Positions 24,557-36,233 of a stretch of 64,000 bases of DNA are shown here, in pieces. Each line of letters begins with the position of its first letter. Position 1 is the first letter of the stretch. This DNA is from Podarcis erhardii (taxonomy: Eukaryota), in the NCBI GenBank assembly GCA_964252035.1, contig OZ176200.1; one strand, written 5' to 3'. The translations under genes and the position numbers were made by a program. The notes under the pieces were generated by a model that was not told where the DNA came from, did no database searches, and worked only from the letters and a program-made list of their open reading frames with translations.

Positions 24557-27055
24557 TTTTTCGGGCCAGGGGGCCCTCATGGTTGATGCAGAACCCTGAG
24601 CTGGGCACGGAGTGACCTCTGGATGTTGCACGACGTCACATGCATGATGTCAGGATGTCGCGTCAGGCCCCCTCAATGTTCTTTGGAAGATGCTGCCTCT
24701 GCTTGATTGTACACTCACTTGATGCACAAGTTTGAGTAATTTGAGGCAAGTGTACGGCAAGAGGGATCGGAGGCTGTGTTGAATAAAGGTCTTGCCACCT
24801 TCTGCAAGAGCAACATACTCAACAGAATCCTAGTTTGGACCAAATATTTGGAAATGGTCTGTATTCTGCAACTTTTGTAATTATAATAATAATCCAGCAT
24901 CAGGTCCTAATAGCAGCAGAAACTAATCTGTTTATACACACAGGTCACTCCTCCTCCAGATGTCTACCAAGAAGATGTGTCACAACCAACTGTCCAAAAA
25001 CTATTACAAAATGGGACAAGATGCACCACAGTTTCACCACATGGACTGTGTAGTTTTATCCGCACTTCCACCATGGGCCAAGCTGTAACTACATCAGATG
25101 AGGTGTACAAGCCCTGAAGGCAGGCCTGCATACCTTGTTACCCACCACTAGCTATATTTGGAAGTCCGCCATGGGCGTGACAAACCTCTGGCTTATGTAG
25201 TGAAGAAACAGAAGGATTGCCAAGCAACTGACAGACCACAATAGATGGTTCATGGCCTGGGTCTGGGTTTAGTCAGCCACAAGGTGTGTAAACTTACTCT
25301 GAGGCATAATACAAGTCTCTGTGTAAAGATTTCAAAGTGGAAAACAGTATGATTGGGGCAAATTGGGGCATTGGAAAGGGAGGAGATTAATGTGTTCTCT
25401 GAAAAGGCATTAAAGTAAGCCAGTTGGAATCCCTTGAAATGCCCACATGGCTTAAATATAAGGACAAAGCCACTAACATTGGTTTTCTGTCAGGCCAAAA
25501 ACAAGGTGGCCAGGTGTCCTGTTTTGCAGAGGACAGAGAAGGGCTTATAGAGGATAGTCCAATATTTGAAGGGCCATCAAAGAACAATCCTCTATTTGAA
25601 GGAGTCCTCTTTGAAGAGTGTCCTTCAAAGTCAGATTTAAAGAGAAATAGACTTAAGCAAAGAGAAGTGGTGGGCCTTGAAGTTTCCCATCAACATTTCA
25701 CACCTGGACAGCAGACTAAGCAGGTACACATGTATCACCTGGCCACTGTCTTCTCCACTATGGTGAGATGAATTGTGTTGCTAGTTAAATTATAGTACTC
25801 ATTTTTATATTTGAAAGTTATCCATATAAATAAGCCTGTACACGTTTTTATGCAAATTGGTACCCTCTTTTGTCTTTTTTTGGGGGGGTGACATAGGCTG
25901 AAATCTGTTGCCGTTAGCAAAGAAATAGAGGCATAGATTTACTGGGATGAAACAAGGAGAAGAGGTCAAGAGACCTCAGGCTTAGAAGGACAGAAAGAGC
26001 AGGGTAAGCAATTCATATAAATACATTCATCTGGAGAAAAGAAAGCCTGTATTGCTGGAGACTGCCAAGCTGGTCATGAGCCTAAAATATCAAAGCCTGT
26101 GCTGCAGTTCAGCATCTTGTAAAGAAGATGACAAGACCTTGTTTTAAACTCTACGATGCTCCGAAGCGTGGGAATGTGCAGGGTAAAGTTCACAGTGATA
26201 AAGAAAGAGGCAGGAGTTTGAACTGTCCTCCCAAGTCAGTTTGCCAACACACATTGCAGAGCAAACCCTTTTACGACCACCTCCTCCGAACAGGTTTTGA
26301 TCATGTTAATAAAGAGCCTTCTGCATAGGTCAAGGACAGGAGAGAGGATAATATCAAACGGGAACCATTCCCAGGGGATTCAATTACAAAGTTGCACCAG
26401 CAGCTTCCTGGAATCATCTTGGCAAGGCTTCTGGGAAAGACAACACCCCACCCTAGCAGCCCCAATAACCAAAGAACAGGCATGAAGTGGGGGAGGGGAG
26501 GAGGAGAGGTTGGTTACTGTGTTTGGCGCAAAGCACAGTAAATAGGACTCTTGGAGATACACGAAATGTGCCAGTTCCCTGCTCTTCCCAAATCCCCCCT
26601 CCCTGCCCTCCCGATCCCCTGCATGAGCCAAGGAATGGAGGCAGGAGCCAAAACCAGATCGGTTCCAGTAAACAGGCTGCTGCTTCCATAACTTTGGGAA
26701 TAAGCAAAGCCACCGTTAAGGGCAAGTTTCCAACCAGAGGCAAGAAGCTGTTGACTGAGCAGTGGAGCAGGCTGAGCGGTGAAGCAGTCATGAGCGATTC
26801 TAGTTCAAGGAGGCAAATATCTGGTGTGATTGCGATAGTGGTGGGATCAAGCAATCCTTCGTCCCACCCGCCCCACTCTTTGACAGAACCCCACCTTCTG
26901 TTTCTGCCTAGCTCAGAGTCATGTCTAATACCTCAGTCCGCCCCTTAACAATGAACCACCTGTTGGTTGGTGTCATTGCTACCAACACCCACAACTTTCT
27001 TCCCTGTCCCCTTTCCACCCAATGAACTCTATATCACATGGCTTCTTTGGGACTA

Positions 27056-27297
27056 CAGTGGTACCTCGGGTTACATACGCTTCAGATTACATACGCTTCA
27101 GGTTACAGATTCCGCTAACCCAGAAATAGTGCTTCAGGTTAAGAACTTTGCTTCAGGATGAGAACAGAAATTGGGCTCCGGCGGTGCGGCAGCAGCAGGA
27201 GGCCCCATTAGCTAAAGTGGTGCTTCAGGTTAAGAACAGTTTCAGGTTAAGTACGGACCTCCGGAACGAATTAAGTACTTAACCCGAGGTACCACTG
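27056..27297. mobile_element. Tigger/pogo-type MITE, copy 1
   Basis: TIR CAGTGGTACCTCGGGTTA/TAACCCGAGGTACCACTG; TA duplication at 27054-55 and 27298-99; internal CTTCAGGTTA repeats. Confidence 0.92.
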
Positions 27298-28384
27298 TAT
27301 TCTGTTGATCCGATGTCAGTGGTGCCCACCTCTTCCACTTCCCACTGTGCTTCATCTCCAACTTGCTTCTGCCAGATAAATGGCAATGATGCTGGCTTCG
27401 GGAAGGTGGCTTCATGGTCCTGACTCACCACACAAGGCCACTAATGCACATCTGTCCACAACAGTTTACCCATCCTATGCCTTGGGGTTTCTTTTGCTTC
27501 TGTCATTAACAACTATTTTCTGATTTTCTCCCCACTCCCCTAGTCACCTTTTCTGCATCCTTTAAACAGTTCCAAACCTTTGCAGCCTCTTCGCCCACAG
27601 TTCAGCCATCATTACAGGTTGGATAGCTTTAACACTTGTTGTTCTTGGGTCTTTCCAATTCTACATGTTGCCTTTGGAATTGTTCCAGAGTTAGAAACAA
27701 CATTGGCAGCTGCTGGGAGCTTTCTGTATTTATGCTACAAGTTAGCATCCCCAAGATATCCTTCCTATGCCCATATCCTCTTGCCCAATAATTCTATCCC
27801 CTCATCCCCATGTTTGCCTACAGTTGAGGTAGGCCCCATCCAGCAGCTGTTCAAATGACTTCTGTTTTCCTAAAGCAAGCTTAGAAAGCTAGAAATTCTG
27901 ATTTAGTGCTGTTTGTCTGTTTTTATTTGGTAGCTCTGTGAGGTCTGGCCTCTTGTGTGTGTCCACCGTTGCTTCTGCTGTGATAATACGGGCTTCCTGT
28001 GTGCTGTTAGCTGTGTGACTCTTGATCACCCACCAAATTATAAAAATAGAAGGAAGATCTCCAGAAGGCACCTAGTGAGAGGCAAAGGATAACATATCTC
28101 AGGCAATCCGAAGGTAGATTTTAAGCCCAAAATGGATGCGATCTTGCTAAAAATTGGCAACAATGGTAGTGGCACTTTTCTGCCATTGGTGGAGGCAGTG
28201 GAGCAGGTGGGCATCCATGGGCATGCTTCCTGGGGAGCTTCTGCTATCTGAGGCAGAAAACTCACCCTGTCTAATGGCTGGGCCAGCTCTGCATCAAAGA
28301 ATCATTCAATCCTTCCCCTGTTGCTTTTACTCTTTTTGCCTCTTCAAGAGCAAGAGGAACTGCCTGATCAATACCAGTGATCTA

Positions 28385-28803
28385 TTTTTTTATATAAAAT
28401 ATTTATTCAAGTTTTCAACAAATAATACAATGTAAAAGAAAAAGAAAAAATAACAAAAATACAAAAATAAAAACAATTAAAAACACATAGAATTTCCATT
28501 ACTTATTTTCTTTTGACTTATTTTCCAGACCTCCTCATACCTCCCTTTCTTGTATTCCAATTCAAATTGTTAGTTCAGCAAATCCTCACCATTAGTTTTT
28601 ATTTATTTCTAAACCTTTTTTCATATCTCTTAAGCATTACAGCTGGAAACCACTTAATTTCTGTCCAACATCAATCTAACATTCATTAATTTTACAATAT
28701 TTCTGTAAGTAGTCTTTAAATTTCTTCCAGTCTTCTTCCGCCGACTCTTTTCCCTGGTCTCGGATTCTGCCGGTCATTTCTGCCAGTCCCATATAGTCCA
28801 TTG
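28385..28803 (-). mobile_element. Heavily 5'-truncated L1 (ORF2 last 41 codons plus 3'UTR)
   Basis: Antisense translation MDYMGLAEMTGRIRDQGKESAEEDWKKFKDYLQKYCKINEC* matches the end of the 3967-4644 ORF; TSD ATACCAGTGATCTA at 28371-28384 and 28804-28817. Confidence 0.92.
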
Positions 28804-28817
28804 ATACCAGTGATCTA

Positions 28818-29192
28818 AAAGGTAAAAGGTAAAGGACTCCTGGTAGTTAGGTCCAGTCAAAGGTGACTATGGGGTGTGGTGCTCATCTCACTTTTCAGGC
28901 CGAGAGAGGCAGTGTTTGTCCACAGACAGCTTTCCGGGTCATGTGACCAGCATGACTAAACCACTACTGGCACACAGAGGACCGTGATGAATGCCAGAGA
29001 GCACAGAAATGCCATTTACCTTCCTGCTGCAGTGATACCTATTTATCTACTTGCTTTTCCGAATTGCTAGGTTGGCAGAAGCTGGGACAAAGCAATGGGA
29101 GCTCAACCCATTGCATGGATTCAAACCACCGACCTTCCAATCAGCAAGCCAAAGAGGCTCAGTGGTTTAGAATACAGTGCCACCCGCTTCCC
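28818..29192 (-). mobile_element. Sauria SINE (more diverged copy)
   Basis: Tail AAAGGTAAAAGGTAAAGG at 28818, head near 29192; TSD TACCAGTGATCTA at 28805-28817 and 29193-29205. Confidence 0.9.
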
Positions 29193-31011
29193 TACCAGTG
29201 ATCTATGCAGGTTGTATCCAACTGGAGGCTTCTGGGTGCAAGCAGAGACTGGTGGTATAAATGTCATGCAGTTGTTCCTAGAAACCTTGAGAAAAGAACA
29301 TGCTGCACAAGAAGAGAAGCTGCTAGAACCCATTTGATTTCATCCCCAGCTAATTCCCCCCTCTCCTGTCACAGGGAAAACCCACCAGGAGAAATTTAGA
29401 AGAAGATCGGTTTGCAGAATCACTCTGTTCTTGGGTGGTCAGATGCACTCTGAACAGGAAAGCAAAAAAAATAAATAAAAATCTATTGACTGACCCTCCT
29501 TAAAAGTATGAAACAAAGAAACAAAAAGTGCCCTGGGACTGGGAGAATATGCTGAACACAACACAGTTCTAGTAAACACCAGATAAAGTGTTATCATGCA
29601 GAACACAATGACAGTAGTCTATGATTTACAGCTCCTCCCTCAAGATAGCCTTGACCACGAGACTTATCCTAGCCACAGCCCCTCTTTGTCTCAAAATGTT
29701 CTTTATGATGTCCACATCAGCCAAGCAGTGGCAAACACTGGAGAATCATGCATCTCGAGGCATAATAATTAATACAGAATGTAAAAGCCTTTTTCATAAT
29801 TTACATAGCATATCCTGTCTGCAAGATGTGCAGCCTGATCAGATGATGTTTACTTGGAGATAATAAACCTTATTGCATGTTAGTTACTTATTGACATTCT
29901 TCAGCTAGCCTCTCAAGAGTGTTGACAAAGGGCTCATCCACACTTCTGCTTGTCCTATGCCTAGAAAGCATGGTGTCTAAGCAGTTTCACACTTGACCTG
30001 AGTTTTCCAGGCACAGGTCTGAGCAATTTCCCCCCTGCCCTGCTCCTTTCCCAGGGAAAACCCACTCTTTAGAGCAATCCTAAGAAAACCTGAATTGCCT
30101 TTTGCACCAATTGAGCACCAAAGAATGGGTTTCCCCAAGGGAAAGGAGTGGAGCAAGAAGAATTGTGAATAAGCCCAAAGAGATGCTGTGCTTCCATCAC
30201 TTTCAGCTGACGCTTCAGACTGACATGTGAATTATAGTCTAAATAAATTATTGGATGGAACCAACTGACATATTTGTTCTGGCTGATTAATCGATCCAGA
30301 ACATTTTATATTGAGTATGGGGCACTAGATGACCTGGAGCTTTCAATCCCACATGCGCAATCTGTGGCTCTGCAGATGCTGTTGGACTACAGCTTCCATC
30401 ATCTCCATCTATTGGCTATACTGGCTCCAGCAGATGAGAGTTGGAGGACCATAGGTTCCCAATTCCTGATCTAGTGTATGGTTCAGAGGACCCTTAATTA
30501 GATATTTCCATTGCCTTTTTTAAAAATGCATCTTTTTATTTCCTATCCTGATTGATTTCATTTTATTGTTTTATAAGCAGTTTAACGTTCACTCTAACTG
30601 CAAGGACATAATGCAAACAAACTGCAAGTCAGCTGTTAGATCTCCATAGAGAAAATCTTAAAAGTTTGCATGTAGGATGCTTTTTAAAAGGGGGGGGGAT
30701 ACCAGAGATTATATGGGTGAGTTCTTGGCCAGAGTATGTCTTCATTCTACACACTTCCTGTCCTTCCTTGGACACCCCTATCCCTATAACAGGGGTGACT
30801 AACCTGTGGCCTTTCAGATGTTGATGGACTACAACTCCCACAGTCCCTGAGTACTGACCACATTGACTAGGTCAGATGAGAGCTGCAACACATCACCATC
30901 ATAGATCATAGGTTAGAGACCCCTTGCCCGATAGTATTCTGGTATCCCATAATTGCCTTTCCTCCTTGCCGCAAAGGAACCTTATACTCAGTAGGATTTT
31001 GTTTTTATATA

Positions 31012-31250
31012 CAGTGGTACCTTGGGTTACAGACGCTTCAGGTTACATACACTTCAGGTTACAGACTCTGCTAACCCAGAAATATTACCTCGGGTTAAGA
31101 ACTTTGCTTCAGGAGAACAGAAATCATGCTCTGGCGGGGCAGCAGCAGTGGGAGACCCCATTAGCTAAAGTGGTGCTTCAGGTTAAGAACAGTTTCAGGT
31201 TAAGAACGGACCTCCGGAATGAATTAAGTACTTAACCTGAGGTACCATTG
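31012..31250. mobile_element. Tigger/pogo-type MITE, copy 2
   Basis: Same TIRs and TA duplication as 27056-27297, with a slightly different centre. Confidence 0.92.
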
Positions 31251-31456
31251 TATAAAACAACTGTGCAAAGTGTGCAAATTAACTCAAAGAAAGTCCCTGG
31301 TTTACAACACATAGAAAATTGCTACAAATTGCAGAATTCATATTATATGGCAGCAAAATTAGAAGGCTATTAACTCGTGATTCTAGCCCAATTGAAGTAG
31401 GAACAAATAATTTATAAAGGCCAAGAGAGGGATACACTATATGATGAAAAAGAAAG

Positions 31457-31665
31457 TGGCTGTGGCTCAGTGGTAGAACATTTGTCTTGCATGCAGAAAT
31501 CATGCTCTGGCGGGGCAGCAGGTTCAGTTCCCAGTATCTCCAGGTAGGACTGAGAGAGGCCCGTGCCTGTAACCCTAAAGAGCCCCTGCCAGTCAGTGCA
31601 GGTGATACAGAGCTGGGTGGAATAACAGGTCTGACTCCGTATAAAGCAGCTTCCTATTCTCCTGA
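31457..31665 (+). mobile_element. tRNA-derived CORE-type SINE (Squam3/MIR-like)
   Basis: A-box TGGCTCAGTGGTAGA, B-box-like GGTTCAGTTCCC, tail GTCTGACTCCGTATAAAGCAGCTTCCTATT. Confidence 0.75.
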
Positions 31666-32241
31666 GACTTAAATACCACAGGTTCTCCTAAGTAAGCATT
31701 TGCTTTATTCCCTGAGTTTTATTCAGTCTTTCCGCAATAAGCTATAAGCAGGGAAAGAATTCCTTAAAAGTCAAAAGCAGTGATTTATTGTTGTCGTTAA
31801 GGAGGTCACGGCACATAAGGGAAAACTCAAAATGTTTATAATCCCTCATAGTCCCATAGCAGTAAAGTTGAAAAACGGTGCCAGAACTGGACAATGTTTG
31901 TCCAACCCCAAACGCTCCACTGGCATCCTGGGGCAGGCTGTGAAAAGCAGGCAAACATATCAGATGATAAAATAGATGGCCCCCGTGGCTTTGCTGAACT
32001 CCAGCCACTCCATGCATCCAACATGACCAGCTCTAAAACTGTCATTTGATTCTGCCTGTTTGGTTTCACAGGCCACACTGAGACATTTTCATCGCTTCCT
32101 CCACCCCCATTTATAGAAGCAATAGCAATAATACAGATGAGCCGGTCTCTATTTCAAAAGGGCTATAGGTGTTAAATGGATAGGTCTTGCAGGAGCCTGA
32201 GGCTTCCAAGGAGGCAACGTCCTAGTCCCTGGGCTAGGCTT

Positions 32242-32412
32242 GAACATAAGAAGAGCCTGCTGGATCAGGCCAATGGCCTATCTAGTCCAGCATCCTGTTC
32301 TCACAGTGGCCAACCAGATGCCTGTGGGAACCAGCAGGCAGGATTCAATCACAAGAACGCTCTCCTCTCACGTGGTTTCCAGCAACTGGTATTCAGAAGC
32401 ATTGCTGCCTTC
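32242..32412 (-). mobile_element. CR1 3'-end fragment or CR1-tailed SINE
   Basis: GAACATAAGAAGAGCCTGCTGGATCAGGCCAATGGCC..CTAGTCCAGCATCCTG. Confidence 0.8.
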
Positions 32413-32744
32413 AAGTCTTACTTTCGTGCAACCCTGTTTTTATGTTGTGAACTACCCTGTGATCATCAGATAAGGGGTGGTATACAAATCCAATAAAAAA
32501 ATAAATACAAAATAAAAATAAAATATTGAAACAATGCAGTTCCAGCACATAAGCAAGCATGATGCGAGGACAAGAAGAATCACTGGAAGAGGAATAGTCG
32601 GGGGTTGGTGAATCAGTCTATTTCCAGTACATGTGTCCCTTTTACATGTGTCTTCTTGTCCTATTTCACTAGTAATCCATGAAAATTTGCATATTTATAT
32701 ATTTTTTTAAAATATGCTCAAAGTACACCCCCCATTACCCAAAT

Positions 32745-33502
32745 AAAGCTTTTGACAAAGTTCCCCCGTTATATTATTGCGGAAAAGCTGGTATAATGTG
32801 GACTGGACTAGGTTTACTGCTAGATGGATTTGTAGCTGGTTGACTGACCGAACTCAAGAAGTGTGCTCAAGAATAGTTCCTTGTCATCCTGGGGGGAAAG
32901 TGACAAGTGGGGTGCTGTAGGGTTCTGTCCTGGGCCTGTTGTTGTTCAACATCTTTATCAATGACATGGATGAAGGAATTGAGGGGTTGCTCATCAAACT
33001 GAGAGGGGTAGCCAATGGTGCAGAAGATAGAATCGGGATTGCCTTAATTGACTGGGGAAGTGAATTTCAATAGGGGGAAATGTAAGATTCTACACTTAGA
33101 TAGGAACAACCAGCTGCACAAATATCAGATGGGGGACACTAAATTTGCTCTGATGTGTTGAGTACATTTCAGGATGTCAGTGTGAAGTTGATAGGACATC
33201 TCCATGATAGCCAAATATCTAAGCAGCTGTTTAGGTGGAGCAAGCTTGTTTTCTCCTGGTCTAGGGGCCAGGCCCCATACCAATGGATTCAAGCTACAAG
33301 AAGGGAGATTCCAACTAAACATCAGGAAGAACTTTCTGACAGTAAGAGCTATTTTGACAGTGGAAAGGATTTTCACAAGAGGTGGTAGATTCTCCTTCCT
33401 TGGAGGTTTTTAAGAAGAGTTTTAGATGGCCATCTGTCATGTATGATCTAGCTCCTGCTTTGCTGGGGGGTTCCTTCCAACTCTACAATTCTATGGTTCT
33501 AT
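32745..33502 (+). mobile_element. Degraded CR1 LINE (RT fragment plus 3' end)
   Basis: KAFDKVP, SGV..GSVLG..LFNIFINDMDEGIEG and GFKLQEGRFQLNIRKNFLTVR remnants; (TTCTATG)-type tail; internal deletions. Confidence 0.88.
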
Positions 33503-34746
33503 GGATTTTAATACTTATTTTGATCCTTGAGATTAGCAAGCAATGTCACTCATCTACTAGAAAGACTTGTATCATTAGAACCTTCATAGCTATAGCAACA
33601 TTCTGGTGCTTTTCCACTGACCTGTAATCATAGATTGACTATAAGGGAGTGGGGAATTGCACACAGCAAGTTTCTAGCCCTCATGGTTACAGAGAAAAAA
33701 TTCAAAATGTTCAGGTAGCATCTGTAGAAAGTTCATGAGTGCATCTCCTACTAATTGAGGATAAGAAGTGGTTGGGTTTTTTTGTAAGCTTCTGTTTTTA
33801 ATCCCTTCTCCTCCTGCTGTTTCTTCACATTGGCCTACGCACCCCAACCACCGTCTGCTTTACCACCTTGCCAAAATACTCTGCCCAGACTCAACTAGTG
33901 CTTAAAGAAAGAATACATTATTAAAAGTAAATGTGTGCAATTTGGTATGAATACCTCTGAGTGCAGGTTTTGAGGGGGAGTGCAGGATACCTTCCACTAC
34001 ATTGAAGGGTATTATCCTGGCATTTGTTCTCTCAGGGCAGATCTTGGGTATGAAATTAAGGAATTCACTTATATAAATAGCAAGATCTGCGGAGGCTTCA
34101 TCAGCAACTAAGAATCTTCCCCCAACCAAACTGACAGTGCATGGAAACGTGTTCTTCTGAGTCAGAATGTGAGCACAATGAGGGAAATAAAAAACAAAAG
34201 GAACAGCAGGAAATGAGTCTGTTTGGAAATTAGAACGGCAAGTAAATTTAGATCTGTCCTTTCTCTTTCTGGCATGGTGTGTCCCAAAGTAAATCATTAT
34301 GTGTTGGACTAGTTTGTAATCCAAATAAAAAAAGGGGGACAGAAGGCAGGGAAAGGATTGGAGTTTTATGGAGGAATCTGATGAGGGAGAAGCTAGTTTT
34401 GCTCATAATAATTTAGGACACTTGACGTTCCTGGATGCTGAAAAATCCCTCATGGCTCTTGTCTTCATGGAGCAGCAAGTCAGTGTAACCCAGTGAATTC
34501 ACAGGGCGTGCAATTATATATGGCACTACTCTTACCTGGCAGTAATCGTAGTCAACACACATATCTTCAGACTGTGGTATTTATGATGGATCTGCTCTCG
34601 GATAGACACTTACACATTGGTATATAAGAAGAAACACATCGCCATAAAAGAGGACAAAATTTTGCATTAAAATTGCATATGCTAATCTATATATAGATGC
34701 AAATTCAGATTACTATCATTTGAGTAGAAATAGAGCACATCTCGAA

Positions 34747-35099
34747 GGGACACGGGTGGCGCTATGGGTTAAACCACAGAGCCTAGGACTTGCTGATCAG
34801 AAGGTTGGCGGTTCAAATCCCCGCGATGGAATGCGCTTCCATTGCTCCGTCCCTGCTCCTGCCAACCTAGCAGTTCAAAAGCACATCAAAGTGCAAGTAG
34901 ATAAATAGGTACCGCTCCAGCGGGAAGGTAAATGGCATTTCCGTGCGCTGCTCTGGTTCGCCAGAAGTGGCTTAGTCATGCTGGCCACATGACCCGGAAA
35001 CTGTACACCAGCTCCCTCGGCCAATAAAGCAAGATGAGCGCCGCAACCCCAGAGTCGGTCACGACTGGACCTAATGGTTAGGGGCCCCTTTACCTTTAC
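34747..35099 (+). mobile_element. Sauria SINE, full length
   Basis: Head GGGACACGGGTGGC, tail CCTTTACCTTTA; AGCACATCTC at 34734-34743 and 35100-35109 as TSD. Confidence 0.93.
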
Positions 35100-35850
35100 A
35101 GCACATCTCACCATAGTGGGTGACACTTTGACCAGGAGACCCGTTCAGTCCACTGTTCAGATGTTGACACTTGATGAGCAACTTCAAAGCCCTGTTTTCC
35201 CATTTTAGGAATATTTATACAGGGCTTGGACAAGACACCTCTTCAAATGGTCTCCTTCAAATAAAAAGTTCTCTCTGGTGGTCCTCGAAATAGAGGACTG
35301 TCCTCTTGCAAGGTAAGACACATAATTTTCCTTATCTGCTTCTTGATCCTAGCCAGATTTCCAGAAGGCCCTGCCTGGAACTGAGCCTATTCCAGCTCTT
35401 CAGATGCTTTTAGTTATTTGTCTTACTAAACTGCAGCACAGCAAGGCAATGTAGCTGTTTGGGAACCAATGGTTTCAAGCTTTTATTACAGATGTTTCCA
35501 ATGTGGGTGGGCCTAAAGCAGCTTGTACACACCTTGAGAAATGCTTGCAATAGGTCTCACACACCCTGAGTGCACATCTGCACTGCAACTGTCAATGGGT
35601 TTAAAACTGGGTTAACTGGAGTGGCTTTTGCCAAGAGATACTGGGGAATGTAGTTTTGCAAGATTGCTCTGTGCCTTTAACAAACAGCAGTTCCTGGTAG
35701 CAACCACGTGAGAGCAATCTATAAGCCATTACCTCATGTTGTCCTAGGGCATGGTCTGGAGATACGTGATGGTACAATTGTGCCGAGGCTAAGCAGTTTG
35801 GTCTAGATGCTGTTATTGTTGTTCTTATATTTATTACAGTGGTACCTCGA

Positions 35851-35982
35851 GTTACAGATAGGTAGCCGTGTTGGTCTGCCATAGTCAAAACAAAACAAAT
35901 TCCTTCCAGTAGCACCTTAAAGACCAACTAAGTCAGTTCTTGGTATGAGCTTTCGTGTGCATGCACACTTCTTCAGATACAC
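35851..35982 (-). mobile_element. Penelope-like element terminal (pseudo-LTR) fragment
   Basis: Nearly identical to the reverse complement of 46190-46332. Confidence 0.85.
35943..35980 (-). ncRNA. Minimal type I hammerhead ribozyme motif (PLE-associated)
   Basis: Minus strand GUAU-CUGAAGA-A-GUGUGCAUGCACAC-GAAA-GC-UC-AUAC. Confidence 0.8.
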
Positions 35983-35991
35983 AGAGCAGTA

Positions 35992-36233
35992 CAGTGGTAC
36001 CTCGAGTTACATACGCTTCAGGTTACATACGCTTCAGGTTACAGACTCCGCTAACCCAGAAATAGTACCTCGGGTTAAGAACTTTGCTTCAGGATGAGAA
36101 CAGAAATTGGGCTCCGGCGGTGCGGCAGCAGCAGGAGGCCCCATTAGCTAAAGTGGTGCTTCAGGTTAAGAACAGTTTCAGGTTAAGTACGGACCTCCGG
36201 AACGAATTAAGTACTTAACTCGAGGTACCACTG
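35992..36233. mobile_element. Tigger/pogo-type MITE, copy 3
   Basis: TIR CAGTGGTACCTCGAGTTA/TAACTCGAGGTACCACTG with TA flanks; nearly identical to 27056-27297. Confidence 0.92.

Noticed and set aside
24365-24631. ORF with a KKERKKER basic stretch
   Set aside because: Translation of the (TTTC)n microsatellite, unlike the codon-diverse basic ORF at 50811-51005.
25424-25771. 115-aa plus-strand ORF with repeated FEG motifs
   Set aside because: Built largely from a GTCCTCT(A/T)TTGAAG repeat element also seen inverted near 35235-35310; no splice or homology support.
33902-34324. 140-aa minus-strand ORF
   Set aside because: No recognisable domain and a weak splice context; length is within chance expectation for six frames of 64 kb.
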